Source: a bacterium (lineage in GTDB: Bacteria > Patescibacteriota > Minisyncoccia > UBA6257 > JAGOQP01). Taken from it: 56,371 nucleotides of DNA. The position numbers and the translations under genes were made by a program. Each line of letters starts with the position of its first letter. The stretch's first letter is position 1. Shown piece after piece: positions 48,033 to 56,371 of the stretch. The notes under the pieces are model-generated. The model was not told the origin of the DNA, ran no database searches, and was given only the letters and a program-made list of their open reading frames with translations. Where the stretch lies: positions 6,070 through 62,440 of the forward strand of contig JAKAIF010000001.1 in the NCBI GenBank assembly GCA_021814445.1, read 5' to 3'.

Positions 48033-49046
48033 ATGCTTGATTTTTCGACAAACACAAATTCATTAGGACCACCGCATTCTCTTATCCGTGTTCTTCGAGA
48101 GAATGTATTTGATGTGAGTGCATACCCTGATTATAAAAACAAGAAGATCCTCTCCGCTTGTGGGAAGTTTTTTGATGTTTCGTTCAAAAACATTGGATTG
48201 GGTACGGGGTCCACACAGATACTCTTTAATATTCCCAAAATGTTACAATATAAACGCGCAGTCATTATTGTGCCTACATTCTGGGAATATGCAAATTTCA
48301 ATTTATTATTTAAGAGAAGAATAAAAAAGATTGATTTACTTGAGAAAGATAACTTTGAACCAAATTATGAAGTTATTCAAAAAACCATAAGGAGTGGTGA
48401 TTGTGTTTTTATTTGTAATGTCAATAATCCTACCTCATCTATATATATAAAGCATAAGTTATTAGCTCTTATAAAGGGTAATTCTCATGTTCAATTTGTT
48501 ATTGACGAAACATATTTATTGTTTAGGAGCAACTATGCACGACAGAGTGTTGTCAAATATGTGCAAAAACAAAAGAATCTTCATGTTGTTACGTCTCTCT
48601 CAAAACTCTTTGCTATTCCTGGAATGCGAGTTGGAATTTTTATCTCTAATAGAAAAATCATAGAGCTGTATAATAAATTGTTTTATATTCCTTATTCAAT
48701 TAACTCCTATTCTTCGGCATCACTTATTGATTTGTTGAGTGATGATGTGTTTGTTAGAGAAACGAGAAATTTTTATGACGTAGAACGAAAAAGATTATAT
48801 GAAATTATAAATAAGAAACTATCGCGTCGTCTCAAATGTATTGAGCCGCATGGTAATTTCATTTTTGTTCGTATATTAACCTCACAAACAAGCCAGGACA
48901 TAGAAACTTGTCTGAAGAGAAGGGGAATTATTATTCGTGGAGGCCACGAGTTACTTGGGGTAACGAATAAATGGTTTCGATTTTCTATCGGGAAAAAGAA
49001 GGATAATAACAGATTTATTCGTGAGTTAAATAAGGTGGTTCATTGA
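48033..49046 (+). CDS. class I/II aminotransferase-fold enzyme, HisC/CobD-like (aminotransferase or phospho-amino-acid decarboxylase)
   Basis: 337 aa. CNVNNPTSS (NPxNPTG-like), IDETYLLF, SLSKLFAIPGMRVG (SxSK PLP lysine). Confidence 0.8.
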   Translation: MLDFSTNTNSLGPPHSLIRVLRENVFDVSAYPDYKNKKILSACGKFFDVSFKNIGLGTGSTQILFNIPKMLQYKRAVIIVPTFWEYANFNLLFKRRIKKIDLLEKDNFEPNYEVIQKTIRSGDCVFICNVNNPTSSIYIKHKLLALIKGNSHVQFVIDETYLLFRSNYARQSVVKYVQKQKNLHVVTSLSKLFAIPGMRVGIFISNRKIIELYNKLFYIPYSINSYSSASLIDLLSDDVFVRETRNFYDVERKRLYEIINKKLSRRLKCIEPHGNFIFVRILTSQTSQDIETCLKRRGIIIRGGHELLGVTNKWFRFSIGKKKDNNRFIRELNKVVH

Positions 49047-49275
49047 TTAAATCTGTATGGTTGAATCGAGAATCGGACACGTTACTGATCCTGGCATGAT
49101 CAAGCTTGGACAAGCTAGAAAAGATGCGAACGAAAGTTCAAATTATTCTGGCGACAGTGGTAAATAGTCTTTTGATCGTGTTCTTAAAGGGGGCGTCTAG
49201 CCCCTCCTATTATGAAGTTGAAATGATATAATGTTGTTACTTTTTATTTAAAGACAATTAAAACACATTAAGAAT

Positions 49276-49527
49276 ATGAGTCATATATTTAATATAGATG
49301 CATATTACGAAAATAACGCTAAAATAGAGGGTTGGCAGAAGGAAGAATTTGCACGCGCGGTTCAAAAAGTTGAAGAAAAATCACTTGATGACTTGCGTAA
49401 CTTAGCTAGAAAAGTTGGGAATCCAGCTGATATAAGTTTTTTCGAGAGCGCTCCTGATGAACAATTGGTTTTGTATTTATTCAGTGATGTGGGTAAGGAT
49501 AAACTTATGCGAGAACTTGGAGAATAA
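49276..49527 (+). CDS. hypothetical small protein
   Basis: 83-aa ORF, acidic, no motif. Confidence 0.4.
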   Translation: MSHIFNIDAYYENNAKIEGWQKEEFARAVQKVEEKSLDDLRNLARKVGNPADISFFESAPDEQLVLYLFSDVGKDKLMRELGE

Positions 49528-49589
49528 ACAAATTCAATATAGGATTCTTTAATTTTGTCCTCTAATTTTCTTTGGATAAAAATAATCAT

Positions 49590-49701
49590 CTGTGCATAAC
49601 TTATACGATACCCTATAAAAAACAGCCAATAGGGCTGTTTTTTGGGGGAGGGGAGGCGCTTGACAACTTGCTAATTTGGTGAATATGGGGTATACTATAA
49701 T
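49590..49701 (+). repeat. family 4 intergenic module, copy C
   Basis: ctgtgcataacttatacgataccctataaaaaacagccaatagggctgtttttt...aggcgcttgaca...TTGCTA-17-TATACT. Confidence 0.8.
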
Positions 49702-49808
49702 CAGTTACTTTTATAAAGGAAATTATAAAATAAAATATAGATTCGGATTTCTGAAACACAGAACATCTGAGCATAAAGTTTTTAAAAATAAAAGCACGGA
49801 GGTGCACA

Positions 49809-50714
49809 ATGAAACGCAAAATCTTTTCTTTCGTTACCCTCCTGCTTATCGCATATATTCTTCCTGCAGGAGTTTTTTCACAGTCTGGATCTTTGGTCCA
49901 GAACTTTACCGCCAGGTGGATCAACAAGGTTCCTTGGCTGTCGTATACCAATAGCGCCCAGGCAGAATTTAGCACCCGCGTGGATACCTGTTCACAATTA
50001 GGATGCTATATTCGTATTTTAGAACAGAAAGATATTCCCGGTGTAGATAATGGTGCATTCTTTTATTGGATCGCGGATCCCCAGGAGGTACTTCCTGTTC
50101 CCGATTCTGTAGAGATTATCTCAAAATGGATATCTAAGAATCCTCAGAATCTCCCGCTTGTTCGTCTTCAAGTTGAATTACTTCAGAAGACATTTGGAGG
50201 GGGGTATTTCAGTGAACATAAAGACATTGACTCTACATGGAATACTTATGTATGGAAGATTACCGATACCTATCGCAGGGTTCCATCATTTGAAGGATTT
50301 GCGGTCGGAGTTATTATTGGTCAATCTACGGTTTCAATGAAGGCGGTAGTGGCTATTAAAACCATAAAGCTTTGGAAGAATGGGGTTTGCTACTATCAAT
50401 ATTCATTCTCTGGGACAACCACCGTTGCTGTTGAGACCCCGACCATTCCTGCTAGTTTTACTCTCTCCCAGAATTATCCCAACCCGTTTAATCCTACTAC
50501 CACCATTAAGTATCAAGTCGCAAGTCGCGAGCACATTAGGCTTACGGTCTATGACTTACTTGGTAGGGAGGTTGCGATACTCGTAGACGAAGAAAAGTTC
50601 ACCGGCACTTATGAAGCAAGATTTAATGCTTCTACCCTTGCCAGCGGTACGTATATCTATCGTTTGCAGGCGGGACACCAGGTTCTTACTCGTAAGATGC
50701 TATTAATTAAATAG
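49809..50714 (+). CDS. secreted protein with T9SS (Por) type A C-terminal sorting domain
   Basis: The signal peptide is MKRKIFSFVTLLLIAYILPAGVFSQ. The C-terminus LSQNYPNPFNPTTTIKYQV...LTVYDLLGREVAILVDE...GTYEARFNAS.LASGTYIYRLQAG...TRKMLLIK matches the Por_Secre_tail pattern. A strong ggaggtg SD lies upstream. Confidence 0.8.
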   Translation: MKRKIFSFVTLLLIAYILPAGVFSQSGSLVQNFTARWINKVPWLSYTNSAQAEFSTRVDTCSQLGCYIRILEQKDIPGVDNGAFFYWIADPQEVLPVPDSVEIISKWISKNPQNLPLVRLQVELLQKTFGGGYFSEHKDIDSTWNTYVWKITDTYRRVPSFEGFAVGVIIGQSTVSMKAVVAIKTIKLWKNGVCYYQYSFSGTTTVAVETPTIPASFTLSQNYPNPFNPTTTIKYQVASREHIRLTVYDLLGREVAILVDEEKFTGTYEARFNASTLASGTYIYRLQAGHQVLTRKMLLIK

Positions 50715-50790
50715 TTATTTTATAATTTTCTTTTTACCCCATACTCGATTCGTAGAATTGTAGTGTGTGGATTACTGTTCTTTTGCAGAC

Positions 50791-50819
50791 AAAAAGCCCC
50801 GCTCGTTCGGGGCTTTTTT
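50791..50819 (+). terminator. rho-independent terminator
   Basis: aaaaagccccg-ctcgtt-cggggctttttt. Confidence 0.8.
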
Positions 50820-50901
50820 GTTATGTAACTATATGGGGGATACTTCGTTTGTATAAGTAAGCACATTTTAGTCAAAAAATCCCAAAAAGGAGGTGAGAAC
50901 A

Positions 50902-51099
50902 ATGGGATGGTTTACTAGTAAAGAACATATAACAAAAGGGGATGACAAATACAAAAATACGTTAGGTCCAACACACACCGATACGTATCATGTAGATAGC
51001 AATGGAAAGCGAGATCAACCACACAGCAGTGATTTCAAAATATCGGGACCTAAAATTGAGAAATCAAACGTGGTTCGTGATGTTCTCCCTAAAAAATAA
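50902..51099 (+). CDS. hypothetical small basic protein
   Basis: The ATG lies 8 nt after aaggagg. 65 aa (the track frame starts at GTG 50893). Confidence 0.45.
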   Translation: MGWFTSKEHITKGDDKYKNTLGPTHTDTYHVDSNGKRDQPHSSDFKISGPKIEKSNVVRDVLPKK

Positions 51100-51155
51100 T
51101 TGTATCCTCTTAAAGAGCCGAGCATCTCATAAAACTGCTCAATAATTTTATTTAT

Positions 51156-51437
51156 ATGCGTATTCATAAAACAGCAGAGCATATTTCCTCACCCGATTTG
51201 ATTTGGACGAAAGATGAGCGAAATAAATTAGAAAAAGATATTTTGAGTCTCCACGACGATCAGATAGGTGCGCTTGCAAAAATACTAGTCGGTTTTCGTG
51301 ATGAAGATATTTTAGATATTGTGCGAGATATAAGAGAAAATGGAGTAGAATCGGGGCACCTATCTATTTTACTTGAAGAGGCAGATTCTAAAGAACAGGC
51401 GTATTGGTGGGTTGGTTATTTTAAGTCGTCTCAGTAA
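51156..51437 (+). CDS. hypothetical small protein
   Basis: 93-aa acidic ORF, no motif. Confidence 0.4.
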   Translation: MRIHKTAEHISSPDLIWTKDERNKLEKDILSLHDDQIGALAKILVGFRDEDILDIVRDIRENGVESGHLSILLEEADSKEQAYWWVGYFKSSQ

Positions 51438-51552
51438 ATTTAAGTGATCATTTGTTGGAAACTGGAAATTAAACCGCTCACAAAACGGTTTTATTGTTAT
51501 CCACTCCTATTGTTTTTTGTTCTGTGATATACTGTGGTCAAATAAAAATTAT

Positions 51553-52416
51553 ATGTACAAACGCATTTTACTATCATTACTTTTAATTGTCGGAATTTTG
51601 GGATTTATCTCGCTAACCCATGCGCGACCTATTGAGAGTGTGGGAGTTACTCCTAGTCAGCAAACGCTGTCTTACTCATTGGTTCCTGTGTATCAAAATG
51701 GAGTGCAGGTGGGGACTACGAAGGCTTACTCGGGCTCTATTCTTGTAACCGCTGAGAACCCGCAAGAGAGAAATCTTTGTGTAACAGTTCCTTCTACCGT
51801 TTCTCTCGGGGGGTATACATTTCCTGTCGCGGGACGCAGTATCAGCGGGAATGCACAATGGGCTGGCAACGACAGAATTTGTGGAAATGGAAATTTCCAA
51901 GTTACTATTTCTATTAATGTGAAATCAACGACGGGTTCAGCGCTGGATTATGGGACGTATACATACCCCATAACTTCAGATTCTCCAGGATACGGAAATC
52001 TTTCTGCAGATCTTATAATTCCACGCATTGCGTATTCAGTAACCAGTGTTGCGGTTGTACAGTACAGTGGTGATGTGTATGACGCCACTAATTGTAATGT
52101 TTCTCAAGCGTCAGATCTTTCTGGTACACGTTATGAGGCGGGAGATTATAGAATGTGCAGAATTCTCCCCGTAAATAACAGAAATGGTTCTATTTTTATA
52201 CAAGGTGGTCCTGTGGGTGAAGTCGGATCATTTATTGTTGATGATATTTTATCTGAACATACGTGGTATGCTCCTCGTGAATATAAAAAGATTCTTAAAA
52301 CCATAACTCCGCAATTGTTGCAGGGGGTGGCGCGTGAGACTTTTGATTGGAACAAGATGAATTTGTTTGTGTTTAGTAATAAAAAACCCCTTCTTCGTTT
52401 TTTATCTGTCACATAG
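51553..52416 (+). CDS. hypothetical secreted protein
   Basis: ATG 51553 gives MYKRILLSLLLIVGILGFISLTHA, a signal peptide. The mature part is rich in beta-strand-type residues. The track start is TTG 51517. Confidence 0.55.
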   Translation: MYKRILLSLLLIVGILGFISLTHARPIESVGVTPSQQTLSYSLVPVYQNGVQVGTTKAYSGSILVTAENPQERNLCVTVPSTVSLGGYTFPVAGRSISGNAQWAGNDRICGNGNFQVTISINVKSTTGSALDYGTYTYPITSDSPGYGNLSADLIIPRIAYSVTSVAVVQYSGDVYDATNCNVSQASDLSGTRYEAGDYRMCRILPVNNRNGSIFIQGGPVGEVGSFIVDDILSEHTWYAPREYKKILKTITPQLLQGVARETFDWNKMNLFVFSNKKPLLRFLSVT

Positions 52417-52444
52417 TTTTGTTCATCTCTGTGTATTGTGTGTT

Positions 52445-52504
52445 AAAAACCAGCCAATAAGGCTGTTTTTGAGTATTTACAAGTATATTATTATGTGATA
52501 TAAT
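52445..52504 (+). repeat. family 4 module, short copy D (terminator stem plus promoter)
   Basis: aaaaaccagcc-aataa-ggctgttttt, then TTTACA-17-TATAAT (52476-52504). Confidence 0.7.
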
Positions 52505-52559
52505 CTAATCAGTAAAATTGATAATTTAATATTAAAAAATAAAAAAGAAGAGGTTTTCA

Positions 52560-54389
52560 GTGAAAAAAGAAAGATTTGTTATCGTCAAATGGATTTGGAA
52601 TATCTATCATCCATTTAGAAAGAATGTGCTTGTTATCTTTTTCTTTATAGCGTTATCTGAGGGATTGAATCTTTTATCTCCGGTTATCTATGGAAATGTT
52701 ATCAACTCATTCTTTGCCCATAATTCTTTGCAAACAACGTTATTTCTTGTGGGACTATCTTTTCTCTTGTATGCGTTGAATGCAATAGTTGGCCAGCTTG
52801 ATACTTTGTATGAATTGAAACATTTTGACTACAATGTACAGCAGCATGTTTCCAATTATGTCCTTGAGAGGAATCTGTCATTCTCAATGGGACAGCACAT
52901 CTCGTCTCATTCTGGGGTAAAGCAGTCCATTATAAACAGAGGTGAACATTCACTTACATCGCTCGCTTTTATGTTTTCTTTTGATGTTGTTCCTGGGTTT
53001 TTACAAATTTTATTCATTGTAATCATGATTCTTTGTACCGATATATTGATCGGACTTGTTGTCTTACTGGGAGTGATCCTGTTTTTTATTTTTACCCTCC
53101 GTATTAATAAGATCTTTAATCCTAAGGTGAGCAAGATACAAACGTTATGGCAGAAAAATGGTAAATTACAACATGAATTTACTAACAATGTTTCACTCAT
53201 TCAGTCCCACGCACAAGAACCAAGGGTTCTTCGTGAATATGGCACAAGTTTAAGTGGCGTTGGTAGATTTGGAAGAAAGCTCTGGGGGAAACATTCTGTT
53301 TTTACATTTTCCCGCTCTTTTGTTTCTATTATAACTCGTGTGGTCATCATGATTATTGGGGTTATATACGTATATAATAGAGTATATCTTCCTGGATATC
53401 TGCTTGTCCTTTTTTCGTGGTCTGCCCAAACATTTAATATATTATCTCGGTTTGGAAGAATGCATAGGCAGATTACTGAGATGTATGGTTCTGTTAAAAA
53501 ATTGTACACCCTCTGCTCACTTGAGCCCGAGATAAAGATTGTAGAAAACCCTGTTCGTCCTGAGAGATTTTTTGGAAACATAGAGTTTAAAAATGTTTCA
53601 TTCTCATATCCACAGAGAAGCTCCCAACTGTTTGATGACGAAAAAGAAACAAGAATCAAACATGGTAATAAAAAACATCCTCAAGGCGAGGTAAAAGAAA
53701 CTCTCCATAATGTGAGTTTTTCTATAACTCATGGGCAGACCGTTGCTTTTGTTGGTTCATCTGGTGCGGGAAAAACAACTGTTGCGAATTTATTACTACG
53801 CGCATTTGATCCTACGCAAGGTCAAATTATCATAGATGGTAATGACATGAGAGTGTTAGACCTAAAATATTATCGTAAACATGTTGGGCTTGTTGAACAG
53901 AGTGTTTCTTTGTTTGATAATACCTTGAGATATAACATCCTTTTTGGTCTCAATGGAGAGGCTCAATGTGTTACCGAAGAACAACTCATGGCTGTTGCTC
54001 ACACGTCTTGTGTGGACAAATTCTTTGATAAATTAGAAAAGGGATTTGACACATACATTGGAGAGCGAGGAGTATGGCTTTCTGGTGGAGAACGACAACG
54101 TGTTGGTATTGCTCGTGCTCTAGCTAAAAATCCAGAGATTATGATTTTTGACGAAGCGACTTCAAGCTTGGATTCTCAAAACGAGTCAATTATTAGAGAG
54201 TCCATAAACAAAGCTTCTGTTGGCAGAACGACTATTATTATAGCGCATAGACTTTCTACGGTGAAAGACGCCGATAAGATATTCGTGTTTGATCAAGGAA
54301 AAATTGTAGGAGAGGGTACTCACCGATCTCTTCTTGAGACTTGTATTCAATACCAAAACTTGGTACAGAAACAAGTGTATTCGTTTTAG
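52560..54389 (+). CDS. ABC exporter, fused permease/ATPase (MsbA-like type I exporter)
   Basis: 609 aa, GTG start. Six-TM N-terminal half. GSSGAGKTT Walker A, LSGGERQRVGIARAL signature, IMIFDEATSSLD Walker B, IIAHRLST. Confidence 0.9.
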   Translation: MKKERFVIVKWIWNIYHPFRKNVLVIFFFIALSEGLNLLSPVIYGNVINSFFAHNSLQTTLFLVGLSFLLYALNAIVGQLDTLYELKHFDYNVQQHVSNYVLERNLSFSMGQHISSHSGVKQSIINRGEHSLTSLAFMFSFDVVPGFLQILFIVIMILCTDILIGLVVLLGVILFFIFTLRINKIFNPKVSKIQTLWQKNGKLQHEFTNNVSLIQSHAQEPRVLREYGTSLSGVGRFGRKLWGKHSVFTFSRSFVSIITRVVIMIIGVIYVYNRVYLPGYLLVLFSWSAQTFNILSRFGRMHRQITEMYGSVKKLYTLCSLEPEIKIVENPVRPERFFGNIEFKNVSFSYPQRSSQLFDDEKETRIKHGNKKHPQGEVKETLHNVSFSITHGQTVAFVGSSGAGKTTVANLLLRAFDPTQGQIIIDGNDMRVLDLKYYRKHVGLVEQSVSLFDNTLRYNILFGLNGEAQCVTEEQLMAVAHTSCVDKFFDKLEKGFDTYIGERGVWLSGGERQRVGIARALAKNPEIMIFDEATSSLDSQNESIIRESINKASVGRTTIIIAHRLSTVKDADKIFVFDQGKIVGEGTHRSLLETCIQYQNLVQKQVYSF

Positions 54390-54399
54390 TTCTTGTGAT

Positions 54400-54423
54400 A
54401 GAGCGGGCATGCGTGCCCGCTCT
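54400..54423 (+). terminator. rho-independent terminator after the ABC exporter
   Basis: agagcgggca-tgcg-tgcccgctct followed by ttttt. Confidence 0.8.
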
Positions 54424-54582
54424 TTTTGTTATCTGCTTATGTGATTTATATATTAAAATGAGTTATTTGTAGTTGGTGACCATTAGGAGCTAGTAGAGGA
54501 TTAAGGTGTCTATATTATATATATTACGCAGAGCGTTGTTTTTGTGGCTTGACTGATTATTAAATTATTATATTATAGATAC

Positions 54583-55125
54583 ATGCCTTATTCATCCGAT
54601 GTTTTTGATGATTATGTAAGCAAACTCTTAATTAAATGGAGATTTTTCTCTTATCTTGATATTGGGATTGGAGCGGGAAAATATGGGAAAATGATTAAAT
54701 CTTTGAATGAGGGAGCAAATGTTACTGGAATTGAATTGGTGCCCGAATACATAGAAAAATTTAATCTGCACTTATTTTATAACGTTATAATTCAAGATGA
54801 TGTATCAAGTATTATTTATGGTAATCAAAATACTACATATGATGTTGTGATCATGGGAGATGTTATAGAGCATCTTACTAAATCAGATGGCGTGAACCTT
54901 ATCCATTTTTTAATATATAGATGCAAAAAGATAATTATTACGTTTCCAGAAAAATACATACAATACGAAGTGGGGGCGAAAAAATCAGAGTCGCATAGGT
55001 CTGTTTGGGGGGCAGAAGACTTTAGACGATTCAATTTCAAACACAAAAGAATTGGTTATATGCACCTGTTTATTATTAATGGTTTTTTGAACGACAAAAG
55101 ATCAATTATAAAACCGAATGGATAA
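54583..55125 (+). CDS. class I SAM-dependent methyltransferase
   Basis: 180 aa; YLDIGIGAGKYG (motif I), DVVIMGDVIEHL. Confidence 0.7.
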   Translation: MPYSSDVFDDYVSKLLIKWRFFSYLDIGIGAGKYGKMIKSLNEGANVTGIELVPEYIEKFNLHLFYNVIIQDDVSSIIYGNQNTTYDVVIMGDVIEHLTKSDGVNLIHFLIYRCKKIIITFPEKYIQYEVGAKKSESHRSVWGAEDFRRFNFKHKRIGYMHLFIINGFLNDKRSIIKPNG

Positions 55126-55951
55126 TAAAATTATGAATATAAAAATTGGTGCTGCGATAATGGCAAGAAACGCCGAATTTTTTATAGAAGCCGCAATTTC
55201 TTCTTTGTCTTGGGTTGATGGTGTATATCTTTATGACGACAATTCCATTGACCGCACCGTTAATATCGCAAGGAATGCAGCGACTGTGTTTTTCGTCGTG
55301 GATGAAAGTAAAGACATTGATTCTGTTTTTAGAAGAGGGGAAAAAAATGTAAGAAATCATATTATTCAAAGAGCCTTTAGCTTGCTCAAGTGTGATGTTT
55401 TGATCTTGCTTGATAGCGATGAATTACTCTGTTCAAATTTAAAGCCAATTATTTATGATGTGTTTTCGGATCCAAAAATAGATTCACTGTGTTTTTCTAT
55501 TTGGCATCTATATAGCCTCAATAAGTATCTCCATTTTTGGGAAACTCATATGAATGGAGTCTATATGATAGATCCTCATATTAGAGTTATTAGACAGAAT
55601 AAAAAATTTGAAAATAATTTTCCTGATGGGAGTCATCCTTTTATAAGGACTACAGATTTTACGAGATGTATTCATGGCTCATATCACTATCATTTGAAAT
55701 ATTTCCGTGAGAGTCCTTATCCGAATTATGCATTAAATTTTTTGCCAAAATATCCATCTGCAATTGATGTCGCTCCATATCTGAGAAGGCTTCCCGCCCC
55801 ACTTCCAGAGGACATCAGAGCAAATATACAACGAATTGATTGGAACCATTCTTCTCGCATAGATACAGATTATTACAAAAGTTATAAGCGCGAGAGAATA
55901 TTATTAACTTCGGATCAAGTCAATATACACCCTCGCGATATTCATAATTAA
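55118..55951 (+). CDS. family 2 glycosyltransferase
   Basis: 277 aa. IGAAIMARNAEFFIEAAISSL...YLYDDNSIDRT, LDSDE (DxD). Overlaps the methyltransferase stop by 8 nt. Confidence 0.75.
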   Translation: MDNKIMNIKIGAAIMARNAEFFIEAAISSLSWVDGVYLYDDNSIDRTVNIARNAATVFFVVDESKDIDSVFRRGEKNVRNHIIQRAFSLLKCDVLILLDSDELLCSNLKPIIYDVFSDPKIDSLCFSIWHLYSLNKYLHFWETHMNGVYMIDPHIRVIRQNKKFENNFPDGSHPFIRTTDFTRCIHGSYHYHLKYFRESPYPNYALNFLPKYPSAIDVAPYLRRLPAPLPEDIRANIQRIDWNHSSRIDTDYYKSYKRERILLTSDQVNIHPRDIHN

Positions 55952-55963
55952 ACAACCTACAAT

Positions 55964-56371
55964 ATGTTAGATATCAACAAAGACATTCTTCTTTTTTATC
56001 GTAAACATGAGCACGATTTTCCAAATAAAGATTTTAATAGATCTGTTTCTGGTTTTTTGGCGTGGTATGAACTATTGGTAGATGCTTTAATTAATAATGG
56101 GTTTGTAGTGCATGAAAATAATTTTGATCTTGCCCGCCTAAATCCAGAGTATCCAATTGGATTAGTTGGAACTCCACCAGCCCTGAAAAATTGGGACTTA
56201 CCGAACCCCACGATTCTGGGACCAAGTATGTATGATCATCCCCGTTTGAACCAGGACCTAATGAAAGACGATCGTTTTAAAATATATTTATTTACTTGTA
56301 ATTGGCTTAAAGACGTCTTTTTCCCTTTTTATGGTGAAAAATGTGCTTTGTGGTATGCGGGTATTGACAGT
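55964..56371 (+). CDS. hypothetical protein, 3'-truncated by window edge (possibly glycan-related)
   Basis: Frame is open from ATG 55964 to the window end: MLDINKDILLFYRKHEHDFPNKDF...CALWYAGIDS. Not in the ORF track because no stop is reached. Confidence 0.5.
   Translation, partial: MLDINKDILLFYRKHEHDFPNKDFNRSVSGFLAWYELLVDALINNGFVVHENNFDLARLNPEYPIGLVGTPPALKNWDLPNPTILGPSMYDHPRLNQDLMKDDRFKIYLFTCNWLKDVFFPFYGEKCALWYAGIDS

Noticed and set aside
49057-49164. 35-aa ORF (MVESRIGHVTDPGMIKLGQARKDANESSNYSGDSGK) after the aminotransferase-like gene as a second precursor peptide
   Set aside because: It has no SD, no Cys or other hallmark residues and no adjacent maturase. It cannot be distinguished from a chance ORF without comparative data.

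Overview
The window reads as a compact, low-GC, small-genome bacterium. By inference only, it resembles a Candidate Phyla Radiation / Parcubacteria-like organism. No database search or numerical computation was possible, so all family calls rest on motifs read from the translations.

Positions 1-41 kb are housekeeping:
- glutaredoxin / thioredoxin-reductase pair and MgtC
- a membrane-anchored Clp/Hsp100 ATPase and a Nudix hydrolase
- infC-rpmI-rplT, then smpB plus tmRNA
- ileS, secDF and efp
- murC, mnmA, tsaD, a SEDS protein and mltG
- rpoB-rpoC and rpsF-ssb-rpsR
- tRNA-Leu and parA/parB

From about 41.1 kb to the end the sequence is visibly more AT-rich and looks accessory. This block is cut into modules by a repeated terminator-plus-promoter element.

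Best candidate for an undescribed system: a 57-aa Cys-rich small ORF at 41270..41443, absent from the ORF track. It lies directly upstream of a radical SAM / SPASM maturase (41567..42652) and a convergent SAM methyltransferase. This looks like a sactipeptide/ranthipeptide-like RiPP locus.

Other notable observations:
- IleRS carries an in-frame insertion of about 200 aa that looks like a complete histidine-phosphatase (PGAM-family) domain.
- A secreted protein has a textbook T9SS (Por) C-terminal sorting domain and reads as more GC-rich than its neighbours.
- A serine hydrolase gene is interrupted by TGA exactly at a conserved Trp.
- A free-standing LAGLIDADG endonuclease abuts tRNA-Leu.
- Copies of the tmRNA 3' end are tandemly repeated downstream of ssrA.
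- An ArsR-like cassette flanked by identical palindromes is inserted between parA and parB.
- A stand-alone metG sits next to a decarboxylase / nucleotidyltransferase / CobD-like operon.
- At least four families of repeated intergenic palindromes are present.
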